Virus record (IMG/VR): IMGVR_UViG_3300032116_000060
Location: 39,086-103,085 of that record
DNA from: a virus
Lineage: Duplodnaviria; Heunggongvirae; Uroviricota; Caudoviricetes
Reading direction: 5' to 3' (one strand)
Length of the DNA: 64,000 bases
Shown: piece by piece, positions 37,960 through 47,774 of the stretch
Position numbering within the stretch: position 1 is the stretch's first letter
How the letters are laid out: the number at the start of each line of letters is the position of its first letter
Translations under genes and position numbers: made by a program
Notes under the pieces: generated by a model
Database searches by the model: none
What the model was told of the DNA's origin: nothing
The model's input: only the letters and a program-made list of their open reading frames with translations

Positions 37960-38282
37960 TACAAAGAGAATGATTCACCACATCCACAGGTTCTACTTGC
38001 ATTTGGATTCTTAAATTCAAATCCTTTTCCATTTAATCCATCAGAAAAATCTAATTCAGTTCCAAACAAATACATAAACGATTTACCATCTACTAAAATT
38101 TTTACATCTTTATCCTCAAACTGCATATCCGATGGTTTAACATCATCATCAAACGAAAGGTCATATGATAATCCACTACATCCACCACCTTTTACAGCAA
38201 CTCTTAAATAAGGTGTCGTATTACCACTTTCTTCAATAAGTGATTTAACTTTTTTAGAAGCGTTTTCTGTAACCGTAATCAT
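37959..38282 (-). CDS. iscA: A-type iron-sulfur cluster carrier (IscA/ErpA family)
   Basis: 107 aa; conserved Cys triad (GGGCSG ... CGCGESF). Confidence 0.8.
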   Translation of the reverse strand: MITVTENASKKVKSLIEESGNTTPYLRVAVKGGGCSGLSYDLSFDDDVKPSDMQFEDKDVKILVDGKSFMYLFGTELDFSDGLNGKGFEFKNPNASRTCGCGESFSL

Positions 38283-38680
38283 TATTCAAAATTTAATTGT
38301 TCTAATCCTTGTTTAACTCTATAATCATTTATCGCAGATTTAATTGCATCCTCCGCCAAAACACTGCAATGGATTTTTACAGGTGGTAAGGCCAATTCTT
38401 CAACTAAATCCATATTATCAATTGTAAGTGCCTCATCAATTGATTTACCTTTTAACCATTCGGTGGCTAATGATGAAGCTGCAATCGCCGAACCACATCC
38501 AAAAGTTTTAAACTTAGCATCAGTTATTACACCATCATTTACTTCAATCTGCAATCTCATTACATCACCACATTCCGGTGCTCCAACCAATCCCGTTCCA
38601 ACATTTGATTTACTCTTATCTAACGTTCCTACATTCTTTGGGTTTTCATAGTGCCCAAGCACTTTTTGACTATACGCCAT
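38282..38680 (-). CDS. iscU: Fe-S cluster assembly scaffold IscU
   Basis: 132 aa; GAPECGD, GCGSAIASS, LPPVK, HCS motifs. Confidence 0.85.
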   Translation of the reverse strand: MAYSQKVLGHYENPKNVGTLDKSKSNVGTGLVGAPECGDVMRLQIEVNDGVITDAKFKTFGCGSAIAASSLATEWLKGKSIDEALTIDNMDLVEELALPPVKIHCSVLAEDAIKSAINDYRVKQGLEQLNFE

Positions 38681-39282
38681 TATTTATTATGTTCTTTTGT
38701 TTCGCAAAGTTTTTCCAATTGTTCCCACTTATATTTAGGCCTTTCATTCAAAAACACAAAACATCTCCATTTACCTGATTTTTCAAAATATATGTGTTTT
38801 TCTAAATAAGCTGGAATTGCAGCGTTTGTTGCGATTCTTCTAACAGGATTATCAAAGTGTAATGTTATTAACACCGTCAGATTTTCAACATCATCCCACT
38901 TTCTTTCTTGCTCCTCTAACAATCTCCACTCTCCTCTATTAAGATATTGATCCTGTAATATACAATTCAAATAAGAGAATGTTTGCTTTAAGTTCTCCAT
39001 ATTATCGGAGAACGATGCGGCTGGTGCTCCATGTCCCTTATCATAAATGTTCTTCACATAATCTTCCGCATCCGATGTTTTAACATTAGGTTCTTTATAG
39101 AAATCCATAGTTCCCCTATTCACATTTGTAGGTCGATTTATAGAACGATACCTAATCCATAATGGTTGTTCTAATGATTGAGAATAAAGTGTTTCAAACA
39201 CATTATTTTTAATCCTTACATCTTGTGAATAACCAACAGTTGTAAAGAAGGATAATAACGAAATTAATAGCAAATGTTTCAT
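38680..39282 (-). CDS. secreted DNA/RNA non-specific endonuclease (NUC, His-Me finger) -like
   Basis: signal peptide MKHLLLISLLSFFTTVGYSQ; DKGHGAPAA (DRGH-like catalytic motif). Confidence 0.55.
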   Translation of the reverse strand: MKHLLLISLLSFFTTVGYSQDVRIKNNVFETLYSQSLEQPLWIRYRSINRPTNVNRGTMDFYKEPNVKTSDAEDYVKNIYDKGHGAPAASFSDNMENLKQTFSYLNCILQDQYLNRGEWRLLEEQERKWDDVENLTVLITLHFDNPVRRIATNAAIPAYLEKHIYFEKSGKWRCFVFLNERPKYKWEQLEKLCETKEHNK

Positions 39283-39314
39283 AAAGTTTATTTACTATTA
39301 AATATATACTACTA

Positions 39315-39617
39315 TCATTTCCAAAACTGCCACCATTTCTTTTTTTCAACCGGTTTAGAAAATGGATGTGAGTTATCCCAAATATTTACAATCCCACCAT
39401 ATCTTACCGACATCATCTGCATAAATAGGTGGTGATAGTTTGGTGGTATCTTTTCAAAATCTGCTCTTATAACCACATCTAAATCCACACTTTTATTATC
39501 CGCAACCATAAGTTTTAAATGGTCACGCATTTCTACCACAGTCGAACTTTTTACGGTTAGATGTGCTCCATCTCCTAAATGGAATATACCGGGTATTGGT
39601 TTAGGTTTAGTAGCCAT
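39315..39617 (-). CDS. hypothetical protein
   Basis: 100-aa ORF. Confidence 0.5.
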   Translation of the reverse strand: MATKPKPIPGIFHLGDGAHLTVKSSTVVEMRDHLKLMVADNKSVDLDVVIRADFEKIPPNYHHLFMQMMSVRYGGIVNIWDNSHPFSKPVEKKKWWQFWK

Positions 39618-40094
39618 TTATTCTCCTTTCATTATTTTATACCTTCTTACTCTCTCTTCTTCGGTAAGGAATTCAGTATATGTATGTTCGATTTTTGCCT
39701 TTATACAAGTTTCTGGCAATCTTTGATTTCTCAAATAATTGTTTACATATCCTAATATATTGTGAGTTCCAATTGGATTAGCAGAATGAACATAAATTTG
39801 TGGTAATGGTATGCCTCTAGTAATGCTTTCCGCCACTAAAAATCGTGCACAATCCATACCTGTCTTTTCTTCAATCCTTTTGTAATCCAATTCGTAGTTT
39901 GGTTTTACATTAGTATAGTATTCCTGCATAGCACCTTCACCTAAATCATGATCTAGGGAAATAACTTCATAATTCTCTAAACCATTTAGACGAATATGAG
40001 CAACGAACTCATCATAATTCCTAACCACTTCCCAACTCAATTCAGTTGGTATCCTTACATCATCTAGATAAAGATATATTTTTTCTTTTTTCAT
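39618..40094 (-). CDS. hypothetical protein
   Basis: 158-aa ORF; first gene of a tightly overlapped six-gene operon. Confidence 0.5.
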   Translation of the reverse strand: MKKEKIYLYLDDVRIPTELSWEVVRNYDEFVAHIRLNGLENYEVISLDHDLGEGAMQEYYTNVKPNYELDYKRIEEKTGMDCARFLVAESITRGIPLPQIYVHSANPIGTHNILGYVNNYLRNQRLPETCIKAKIEHTYTEFLTEEERVRRYKIMKGE

Positions 40095-40220
40095 AAATCG
40101 TTTCCGTATTTATTTTTTAGGTATGCATGATAACGGTAAGTTTTATTTCCATTAAATAAGAAATAAACAACATTTAAATCATACCATTTTTCAATCTTTT
40201 TTAATAAATTTTTCATTGTT

Positions 40221-40553
40221 CTATTCTGTTTGTGTGTTAAAAAAGTTTTCAAATTCTTTGGCGGCATTTGGGTTCTCCTCTTTAAGATTCTCCAAAGTCA
40301 ATTCATATCTAAAAATTATAGTGTTTAAATGGAAATTATCACCACTTAAACTATCAGTTACATTCTGCAATGAATCGATATATCTTCCCTTTACTATATC
40401 ACCCCCATTAAGATATCGTAGCTCTTTTAATTCACTTCGTAATTTGGCCATTTGTTGTTGTTGAAAATAACAAATTAATAAAACTGATACTGCACCAGTT
40501 CCAACTATCGCCTTTTGGTATTTACTTATCCATTCTTTCATAATAAAAAACAT
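40221..40553 (-). CDS. membrane-anchored coiled-coil protein
   Basis: 110 aa with an N-terminal TM helix. Confidence 0.45.
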   Translation of the reverse strand: MFFIMKEWISKYQKAIVGTGAVSVLLICYFQQQQMAKLRSELKELRYLNGGDIVKGRYIDSLQNVTDSLSGDNFHLNTIIFRYELTLENLKEENPNAAKEFENFFNTQTE

Positions 40554-40558
40554 TTATT

Positions 40559-40599
40559 CAAATATACAAAATAATTATGAATTTTCCAAATTTATTTTT
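40559..40599 (-). promoter_or_regulatory. class-A-like promoter box
   Basis: CAAATATACAAAAT...GAATTTTCCAAAT. Confidence 0.35.
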
Positions 40600-41360
40600 T
40601 TTAAGATAGATTCCGCGAGTATTATATTTCCTTTTCTATTTAAATGATAATCATAGAAAATTTTATCTTTGTATTCAATTTTTATTGGATTGTTTAAAAC
40701 CAAATTAAAAAAGGATGTATTATCATTTATTTTAATAAATCTATTTTTTTCATCAAATTCAGAGAAATCTCCTAACCAATCCAAATAGTAGCATCTCCAA
40801 CCCAATTCAGTTTCTAAATTATCAATAATTGAATCTATGGATTTATAAATTGAGTATATTCTATCTTTTAATATTTCTCTTACAACAGAATCAGGCCGAT
40901 GTATTAGTAAATTATACCTACTGAATTCTTCATCAGTAATTATACCAAAATCCTCTCTCCCCAAAGATGTAAATTGGAAAATTAAAATAACATCTCTTTT
41001 TTCAGATTCTAATTTATAAAAGTTTTCTAAAAGCTGTCTATTCGATGTTATACTCCCACCATTATATTTTTTCTTATATACTTTTCTACCCAACGATTCA
41101 CCTACTTTATTGGTAAATGATAAATTATCTTTAATAATCATTTCTTCTTTTCCAATAAATTCTTGCTGATCAATCCACTGTAAGTGTGTTTCATTTTCTA
41201 TTGTATTAGCATAAAACTTTTCAAATAGTTCTGGTCTATTTTCTTTCCAATAGTCTAAATATAGGCCCTGTCCCCAAGTGAAACTATCTCCTATAAAGAC
41301 TATTTCTTTTGAGTTATCCGAAGTGTTTGATAATTGAAGTTGATAATATATGTTGTGCAT
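40575..41360 (-). CDS. SGNH/GDSL hydrolase
   Basis: block I FIGDSFTWGQGLY and block V DYHLN. Confidence 0.6.
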   Translation of the reverse strand: MHNIYYQLQLSNTSDNSKEIVFIGDSFTWGQGLYLDYWKENRPELFEKFYANTIENETHLQWIDQQEFIGKEEMIIKDNLSFTNKVGESLGRKVYKKKYNGGSITSNRQLLENFYKLESEKRDVILIFQFTSLGREDFGIITDEEFSRYNLLIHRPDSVVREILKDRIYSIYKSIDSIIDNLETELGWRCYYLDWLGDFSEFDEKNRFIKINDNTSFFNLVLNNPIKIEYKDKIFYDYHLNRKGNIILAESILKKINLENS

Positions 41361-41997
41361 CTTTATTTAAATGTAAATCAATAATTTTATGATTATTAAT
41401 ATCGATATCTATTTTATACTCATTTAATAATGGATTGAAACAATAATGATTTTTTTCATTATATAAATACTTAACAAATTTATGTGGTTGGAATTTGTAA
41501 AAATCACCCAACCAATCCATAAAACAGTATTGAAATTTATATAGCTCTGAATAGTATTTTAGTATCCCATCGATAAATTTATAAAAGTTAAATGCCCTTT
41601 GCTCAAACATATCATTAAACGATGGGTTTATTGAATCATCATCAACGATGTTTAAATCTCTAAATTGGTATCTACTTATAGTTGTAAATTGAAATACTAA
41701 TTTTTGTATAGAATTATTATAAGTATCTATTAAAGGGATAGTATCTAATAATATATCGGTATTACTACCGCCATTTTTATTTCTTTTTATTGGTTCTAAA
41801 TTATAGTAATCGGATACTAAACCTGTAAAGGATAATTTATCTTTATATACTAAATCCTGCTCTCTAATTAAATCGGAATGACTAGGATACATACCTCCTA
41901 TATTAGTTGGTAGTTCTCTACCCTCCTCTTTCCATTTGTAAAAATACAAACCCTGTCCCCAAGTAAAACTATCACCTAAAAAAAGTATTTTACCCAT
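41314..41997 (-). CDS. SGNH/GDSL hydrolase (paralog of 40575..41360)
   Basis: block I FLGDSFTWGQGLY and block V DLHLN. Confidence 0.6.
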   Translation of the reverse strand: MGKILFLGDSFTWGQGLYFYKWKEEGRELPTNIGGMYPSHSDLIREQDLVYKDKLSFTGLVSDYYNLEPIKRNKNGGSNTDILLDTIPLIDTYNNSIQKLVFQFTTISRYQFRDLNIVDDDSINPSFNDMFEQRAFNFYKFIDGILKYYSELYKFQYCFMDWLGDFYKFQPHKFVKYLYNEKNHYCFNPLLNEYKIDIDINNHKIIDLHLNKDAQHILSTSIIKHFG

Positions 41998-43216
41998 TTT
42001 CTATTTCGTTTATGAAATCTGATTTGAATTTATTTAAAATCGTAATCATATTATTATAATTATGGTCTAAAACATCATAGTTCTCCTTCACTATATTATG
42101 TAATTCTTTTATATCTCTATCACAAATAGTTTTATATTCGTCTAATATGTAATAAAGACGATTTGTATGGTCTGCCAATTCATCATAGCTCTCATCAAAA
42201 ATAAAATCAAAAGTTTTAAAACCTAACTTTTTTAATTCACTTAACATATTAGTATATGAGAATGTAAGAAATGGTTTTTTTTGAATAAATGGTTTTAAAG
42301 TTTTTTCCGATGTTTGTATAATTTGCCCTTCACATGATTCATACATAGTTTCAAAAACCATTTCAAAAAGAGAATCACTATATCTATTTAGATTGGTTAA
42401 TAACGAATACTCCATCGTTTTAAACTCTTCATCATCAAATGGTTTTGGCTTAAAGATATATGAATCATCGATTTCCACCAATCCACCCTTACCTCTATTG
42501 TAATCATATACAATTTGTGAGTAGTTAAATCCTTGCCCTAATTCATTATTTCTATAAGTTGAAAAGAATGCCAAATTATTTTTATCCCATAGATTATTAT
42601 CATCTACAAATTTATAGTAATGCATTCTATCGGTGTTTATACTATTAGCCGCAGAATAGAAATACTTTGTTTTTTCTTTATTATAGTTAGCATCAAAGTA
42701 ATCATTTTTCAATAACTCATTATCTAATTTTTCAATTGTCATAGCATTCTGAGCTGCAAAATAACCCACATCACTATCATATTTAAATTTAAAAACAGTT
42801 GAAAATAATTTATATGGTAATTTTAATTCTGAAAAATAACTATTAAATTTAACAAAATTTTCTTTATACTCCATTAAAGTATAATTTGTCCAATCAGTAT
42901 CCATTTCCCAAAATATTACCTTTTTTATTTTGGTTATATTATTTGAAACTAAATCAGTAAAATCTTTTCTATTTGGTAATGAAAATAATTGCCTAAATGA
43001 ATCATCAAAGCCTATAATTAAATAGAATTTATCTAACCCATTTATTTCTTTTTCATTTTCTATAATATTGTAATCAGATAAAAAAGAATAAAAATAATCT
43101 TTTCTTGCTTTAAAAAATTCTCTCTCTGGTTGATGGATGGAATCTAAATGAAAATCATCAAATTCTAAATTTTCATTATGATTAGGTGCATATTTGTAAA
43201 ATACCAAATTTTTCAT
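41990..43216 (-). CDS. large paralogous protein A of unknown function (possibly glycan-active)
   Basis: 408 aa; C-terminal half colinear with 46581..47774 (LGFKTFDFIFDESYD / FGFKTFDWLVDESYD; NYDVLDHN / NYDVLEHN). Confidence 0.6.
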   Translation of the reverse strand: MKNLVFYKYAPNHNENLEFDDFHLDSIHQPEREFFKARKDYFYSFLSDYNIIENEKEINGLDKFYLIIGFDDSFRQLFSLPNRKDFTDLVSNNITKIKKVIFWEMDTDWTNYTLMEYKENFVKFNSYFSELKLPYKLFSTVFKFKYDSDVGYFAAQNAMTIEKLDNELLKNDYFDANYNKEKTKYFYSAANSINTDRMHYYKFVDDNNLWDKNNLAFFSTYRNNELGQGFNYSQIVYDYNRGKGGLVEIDDSYIFKPKPFDDEEFKTMEYSLLTNLNRYSDSLFEMVFETMYESCEGQIIQTSEKTLKPFIQKKPFLTFSYTNMLSELKKLGFKTFDFIFDESYDELADHTNRLYYILDEYKTICDRDIKELHNIVKENYDVLDHNYNNMITILNKFKSDFINEIENG

Positions 43217-43217
43217 A

Positions 43218-44240
43218 TTACTTATTTGTGATAGAATTTTTAATGTAATTTACTATTTTTACCTGCATCTCTCCATAAATCTTACCATCGGTGCTTTCTT
43301 TTGTAGGCAATAAAACTTTTAAGAATTCTTCAAATTTTAATAAATTATCTTCTTCAAAATAATCCTTTTCTAAATTTATTAGTTTTGATAAAAATGGTTT
43401 TATAACACCTTTATAAAAGATTTTATTAGAAAAGTATGATGGATGATGGTCTAATGTCAGATGGACATATCTTAAAGATTCTTCCAAATGGTTTGCGGAA
43501 TAATCTAACATCCCCCCCATATTACCTTTACATTTTTTCGTAACTATGCTGTATTTTGATTGATTTTCAAAATATGCTAGATGATTAATAGGGTATTCAT
43601 ATTCATAAGTTTGAACATAATTTTTTATATCAGATTTTCCCCATAACCTTTCAAATTCTTTTGTTGAAACATCCCAACCAAAATGTATAAAATAATTTGA
43701 ATAATTTGTTTTTAATAAATCTACAATTTCTTCTATATTTTTTATATGTAAATTATAGTAATCTTCTAAATTATCAGTTTCAACAAAATAATCATTTCGG
43801 ACATTTCCTCCTATTATATTAAATTCAGTAATGCCATACTTTTGGGATTTGGTCAAAGAGGAGTATGGTGAGGTAAATATATTTTCATAACTTTGTGTAT
43901 TTCTTAATAAAGCACTTAATTGAACAATAGCTACCCCTTCCTTTGTATTGGAGTTTTTAATTCTATTTTTAAGAATCTCTTTTATAACATGATTTCCAAA
44001 ACTACCTCCCCCAAAATTATTTACTTTGTATCCACTTTGATTATTATAAGCCAAATCAAATTCTAAAAAATTACTTACCGGCTTTGTAGATTGAGTATGC
44101 ATTGAATATAGTAGTATATCCAACTCACCTAATTTGGGATTCATTTCCCACATTGGTGCTTCGGTGAAACTACAACCAAAAAAATCTATTTGTTTCATAT
44201 TGTGGTGACACCTCTTTTTTGAACAACTTTCGTTGCACAC
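43218..44240 (-). CDS. SGNH-like protein with GCSFT block I variant
   Basis: FFGCSFTEAP near the N-terminus; DHHPS near the C-terminus; paralog of 47759..48778. Confidence 0.5.
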   Translation of the reverse strand: MCNESCSKKRCHHNMKQIDFFGCSFTEAPMWEMNPKLGELDILLYSMHTQSTKPVSNFLEFDLAYNNQSGYKVNNFGGGSFGNHVIKEILKNRIKNSNTKEGVAIVQLSALLRNTQSYENIFTSPYSSLTKSQKYGITEFNIIGGNVRNDYFVETDNLEDYYNLHIKNIEEIVDLLKTNYSNYFIHFGWDVSTKEFERLWGKSDIKNYVQTYEYEYPINHLAYFENQSKYSIVTKKCKGNMGGMLDYSANHLEESLRYVHLTLDHHPSYFSNKIFYKGVIKPFLSKLINLEKDYFEEDNLLKFEEFLKVLLPTKESTDGKIYGEMQVKIVNYIKNSITNK

Positions 44241-44929
44241 TCATTAGCGAATTTAATTGATTCCTTTAAATCCTTTGTTTCCACATATTTGAATACTAAT
44301 GATGCCATAAATGTATCACCCGCACCACTTAAATCTCTTACCTCTATATCTCTATTTACCGGAAACACTTCATTTTGATAAAGGCAACCTCTCTCACTCA
44401 TTGTTATAATAAGTTTATCTGCCCAATCAACATACTTAGCTCCTTTCTTTTCACACAACTCCCATTCAAATTCATTCATTTTTATATAAGTGTAATCTGA
44501 AAAGGTTTGTAGGTTTATCGGCTTTTTTGTATCAATAAATGTAAGAGGATGCCTTCCACTTATTGAGTGTATATCACTTTCGGTTAAGAATCCTTTATCG
44601 TAATCTGATACCACCACAGCATCAACATCCCAATTTACTCTATTAATGTCAAATGCAGATTTCACCTTATCCAATGTATCCACTCTAATAAACATTTGGT
44701 TTGATTTAACATCTACATACCTAGTTTTAGTGATTTGCTCTTTGTTGGTAATTAACTCAACCTTTGCTCCTAATGATTCTAAATTTGCCCTAACGTTTCC
44801 GGCCATACCATCGTTTGTTACCGTTCTTGATGGCTCAAATACTGGTGCAGGTGCTTCTGGACATAAACGAGTTGCGTTTCCATAAATGAATATATCGGTG
44901 CAACTATCTCCTATAACTAAAATTCTCAT
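44195..44929 (-). CDS. PfkB-family sugar kinase, RfaE/HldE (heptose-7-phosphate kinase) -like
   Basis: RILVIGDSCTDIF...CPEAPAPV...GMAGNVRANLESLG and GAGDTF signature. Confidence 0.6.
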   Translation of the reverse strand: MRILVIGDSCTDIFIYGNATRLCPEAPAPVFEPSRTVTNDGMAGNVRANLESLGAKVELITNKEQITKTRYVDVKSNQMFIRVDTLDKVKSAFDINRVNWDVDAVVVSDYDKGFLTESDIHSISGRHPLTFIDTKKPINLQTFSDYTYIKMNEFEWELCEKKGAKYVDWADKLIITMSERGCLYQNEVFPVNRDIEVRDLSGAGDTFMASLVFKYVETKDLKESIKFANECATKVVQKRGVTTI

Positions 44930-44942
44930 AATGATATATATT

Positions 44943-45347
44943 TTACCAACTGATTTCCCAGTCTTTAAATTCTGATGCTAAACAATCAATCTTATAATCC
45001 TTTCTACCACCTACTACTTCTTGTATCCGATTCTTAGCGGTGTTTCGAATACCATTTAAGCCATGCGTTAGAGCTAACTTATTTGGCCCTTCCGAACCAT
45101 TTCTCACATTAGTTTCGTTTGTCCATATGTGTAGATTCATTTGTGATAAAACAACTATTGCTCTTATCGTTTCCCCTGTCAATTCCTCTTTACTTTCTTT
45201 CAAACATAGGTTTATATCATGCACAATGTCTGCAATTTCTTTTGCATATTCTTCCTTATGTTCGGTAATGAAAACTTCCTTTAACTGAATTATACTCAAT
45301 CTATCAATTAGTTCAGCCAATGTTGGTAAATACTTTCTTTGTTCCAT
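44943..45347 (-). CDS. hypothetical protein
   Basis: 134-aa ORF. Confidence 0.5.
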   Translation of the reverse strand: MEQRKYLPTLAELIDRLSIIQLKEVFITEHKEEYAKEIADIVHDINLCLKESKEELTGETIRAIVVLSQMNLHIWTNETNVRNGSEGPNKLALTHGLNGIRNTAKNRIQEVVGGRKDYKIDCLASEFKDWEISW

Positions 45348-45349
45348 AG

Positions 45350-46588
45350 TTATAAAAATTTATGTAAATGTTTTGGTATCGGTAGGTTATTGTAAAGTGA
45401 AGACCAATTTAAGTAATTTTTTAGATTTGTTAAGTGTTCTTCTTTATCACCCTCTATCCCTTGTTTAATATGTAATAAGTAATTTTTTATATCTCCCAAT
45501 AAATAAGGATTCTTTTCAACTCCTTTTATTTCAGTTCTACTAAAATACTCTTCTATTTCAGCTTCTAATCCAAAGTTTTTAGCATCTAAATGTTTCGGCC
45601 AACTTACTATTTGTAATCTAATGTTAGAATAATCTGCTATATACCCATTATCAATTAGGTAATCATAGGTTTCAAAAAATTGAAATACATTTAATAAAGT
45701 TGCGGTAAAGGTAAAATCATAGCTAATGTTAGGATTATTCTTTACCTCTTCGTTTAATTTTTTTAGATTAGATAAGAAGTTTTGTGTTTTAAAATTAGTT
45801 CTTTGAAATTCCCCCGTCTCAAACAATCCATCTAATGATATAGAATAAACTACATTTTTAAATCCTTTTGTGAATTCAAAAATAGAAGTATCTTTGTATT
45901 CTAATATAGAAAAGTTTGTTTGAAATTGTAGTGTCACATTTTTAGGATGTGGTATAATTTCTATGAAATCCCATACTTTTCTTGTGTACAATGGTTCTCC
46001 TCCTGCTAAATAAACATATTCCAAATGCTCTAATTCTTCTTTATTAAAATCATTTTTAAGAATGTGAAGTTTCTTTTTATTAAATGGAGCAATGTGTTCA
46101 TATACTCTGTGGTCTAATTTCCATTGTTTAAGTTTTTCTCTCACAGGATCTACAACTTCCTTTTCCCAATACTCAGCTCTTTCATCATACCAACTTGTAG
46201 AATCCCTCTCTCCACACATTCGGCATTTAAAATTACATTGATTAGAAAATCTTACATCTAAAAATACCAATTCGTTTTTATCAGATTCACCTTTTATAAG
46301 TTTATCATATTGTTTTTGAAAATGTGTATTCTTTTCTTGCCTAAAACTTCTCCCACCTCTTTCTTCGGTTTTCCAACAGGCATCACATATCTTATTCTTT
46401 ATTCCACTTTTTAAATCCTCTCTTAATTTTTCATAAGATTCGTTTTTATAAAATTGTTCAAAATCAACATAATCATTAAAGTTCTCTTCAAAGAAATCAC
46501 TTGCCATACAACACGGCTTTACCTTTCCATCCTGAAAAACGGAAAAGTGCATAAACGGCATCACACAAAATGTTTCTTTATTATACAT
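45350..46588 (-). CDS. radical SAM domain protein
   Basis: CNFKCRMCG (CX3CX2C) plus additional Cys clusters. Confidence 0.65.
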   Translation of the reverse strand: MYNKETFCVMPFMHFSVFQDGKVKPCCMASDFFEENFNDYVDFEQFYKNESYEKLREDLKSGIKNKICDACWKTEERGGRSFRQEKNTHFQKQYDKLIKGESDKNELVFLDVRFSNQCNFKCRMCGERDSTSWYDERAEYWEKEVVDPVREKLKQWKLDHRVYEHIAPFNKKKLHILKNDFNKEELEHLEYVYLAGGEPLYTRKVWDFIEIIPHPKNVTLQFQTNFSILEYKDTSIFEFTKGFKNVVYSISLDGLFETGEFQRTNFKTQNFLSNLKKLNEEVKNNPNISYDFTFTATLLNVFQFFETYDYLIDNGYIADYSNIRLQIVSWPKHLDAKNFGLEAEIEEYFSRTEIKGVEKNPYLLGDIKNYLLHIKQGIEGDKEEHLTNLKNYLNWSSLYNNLPIPKHLHKFL

Positions 46589-47774
46589 CGAATAATTTAT
46601 ATATTTTATCTATTTCTGATAAGGCAAATTCATTTACCATTTTATGATTATGCTCTAATACATCATAATTTTTTTCTATTTTAGATTTAAGTTCATCGAA
46701 TGGTGTATCTAATAATTTTTTAGTTTCCGCTAAAACCATTTCAAATCTTTTCTTATCATCCAATTCATTATCATAACTCTCATCTACCAACCAATCAAAT
46801 GTTTTAAACCCAAATTCTTTGAGTAATTTAATTACACCATATTGAGCAAAAACTATAAATGGAGACTTGTAACAAAAACCCTTAAAAATCTTTTCACTTA
46901 ATACAATGCCACAAGGAGAATGATAACGGGTTTCAAAAATTACTTGAAATAAAGATTCAACACTATCATTTAATGCTAAGTTTTTTACTTGATTGAAATC
47001 ATCATATTTTAATTTTTTGGGATGATACCCAATACTTAAATCCAATTCTCCCAAATGAGAAACAAAAGAGTTCGTATTTCCGGTATTTGCATGTAAAAAT
47101 TTTTCATTTACAAAATCTGAAATTTCAAACCTTTTTTTATTCCTATTATATAATGGAAGAAAAAACGATGTATTTACTTTATCCCAATAATTCCCCTTTT
47201 GTAAAAATTGATAAAAATGGAGTCTTTCTTCTTTTACATTACAATTTGCTGAAAATAAATGAAACTGCTTTTCTATCTCATAATTAAAATCTAAAGTTTC
47301 CGAATAGTTATGGAATAATTGAAATGGAAAACATCCAAATGTATATGTAGCATTTATTTTAGTGAAGTTAAATCTAGATTTGAAAATGTTTCTAACAAAT
47401 ACAAATCTTTCATCATCTCCAAAAATTTCGTAAAAAAAATCTTCTATTTCCAGTATTTTATGAAAAGTATCCCAATTTACTTCATTTTGATAAACTACAA
47501 CCTTTTTATAATTACCACTATCTAATTGCCTCTTAACATCTAAAAACCATTGCCTTTCAGAAATTAATGATTCGGCCATACCATTATATGTAAGAAACAA
47601 TATGGTATTATCTTCGGAATAATTAAATGTAAAGTTGTATATCTTTTCTAAAAATGGATACCAATAAATGTTGCCTAACACCCAATCTTTATCTTTAAAA
47701 TCGGTTGTCTTTACAAATTTACCATTTGCATTTTCATCAAAATCTATTGGATATATGTTTATAATATTTCCCAT
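46581..47774 (-). CDS. large paralogous protein B (paralog of 41990..43216)
   Basis: 397 aa; shared C-terminal blocks with protein A. Confidence 0.6.
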   Translation of the reverse strand: MGNIINIYPIDFDENANGKFVKTTDFKDKDWVLGNIYWYPFLEKIYNFTFNYSEDNTILFLTYNGMAESLISERQWFLDVKRQLDSGNYKKVVVYQNEVNWDTFHKILEIEDFFYEIFGDDERFVFVRNIFKSRFNFTKINATYTFGCFPFQLFHNYSETLDFNYEIEKQFHLFSANCNVKEERLHFYQFLQKGNYWDKVNTSFFLPLYNRNKKRFEISDFVNEKFLHANTGNTNSFVSHLGELDLSIGYHPKKLKYDDFNQVKNLALNDSVESLFQVIFETRYHSPCGIVLSEKIFKGFCYKSPFIVFAQYGVIKLLKEFGFKTFDWLVDESYDNELDDKKRFEMVLAETKKLLDTPFDELKSKIEKNYDVLEHNHKMVNEFALSEIDKIYKLFDV

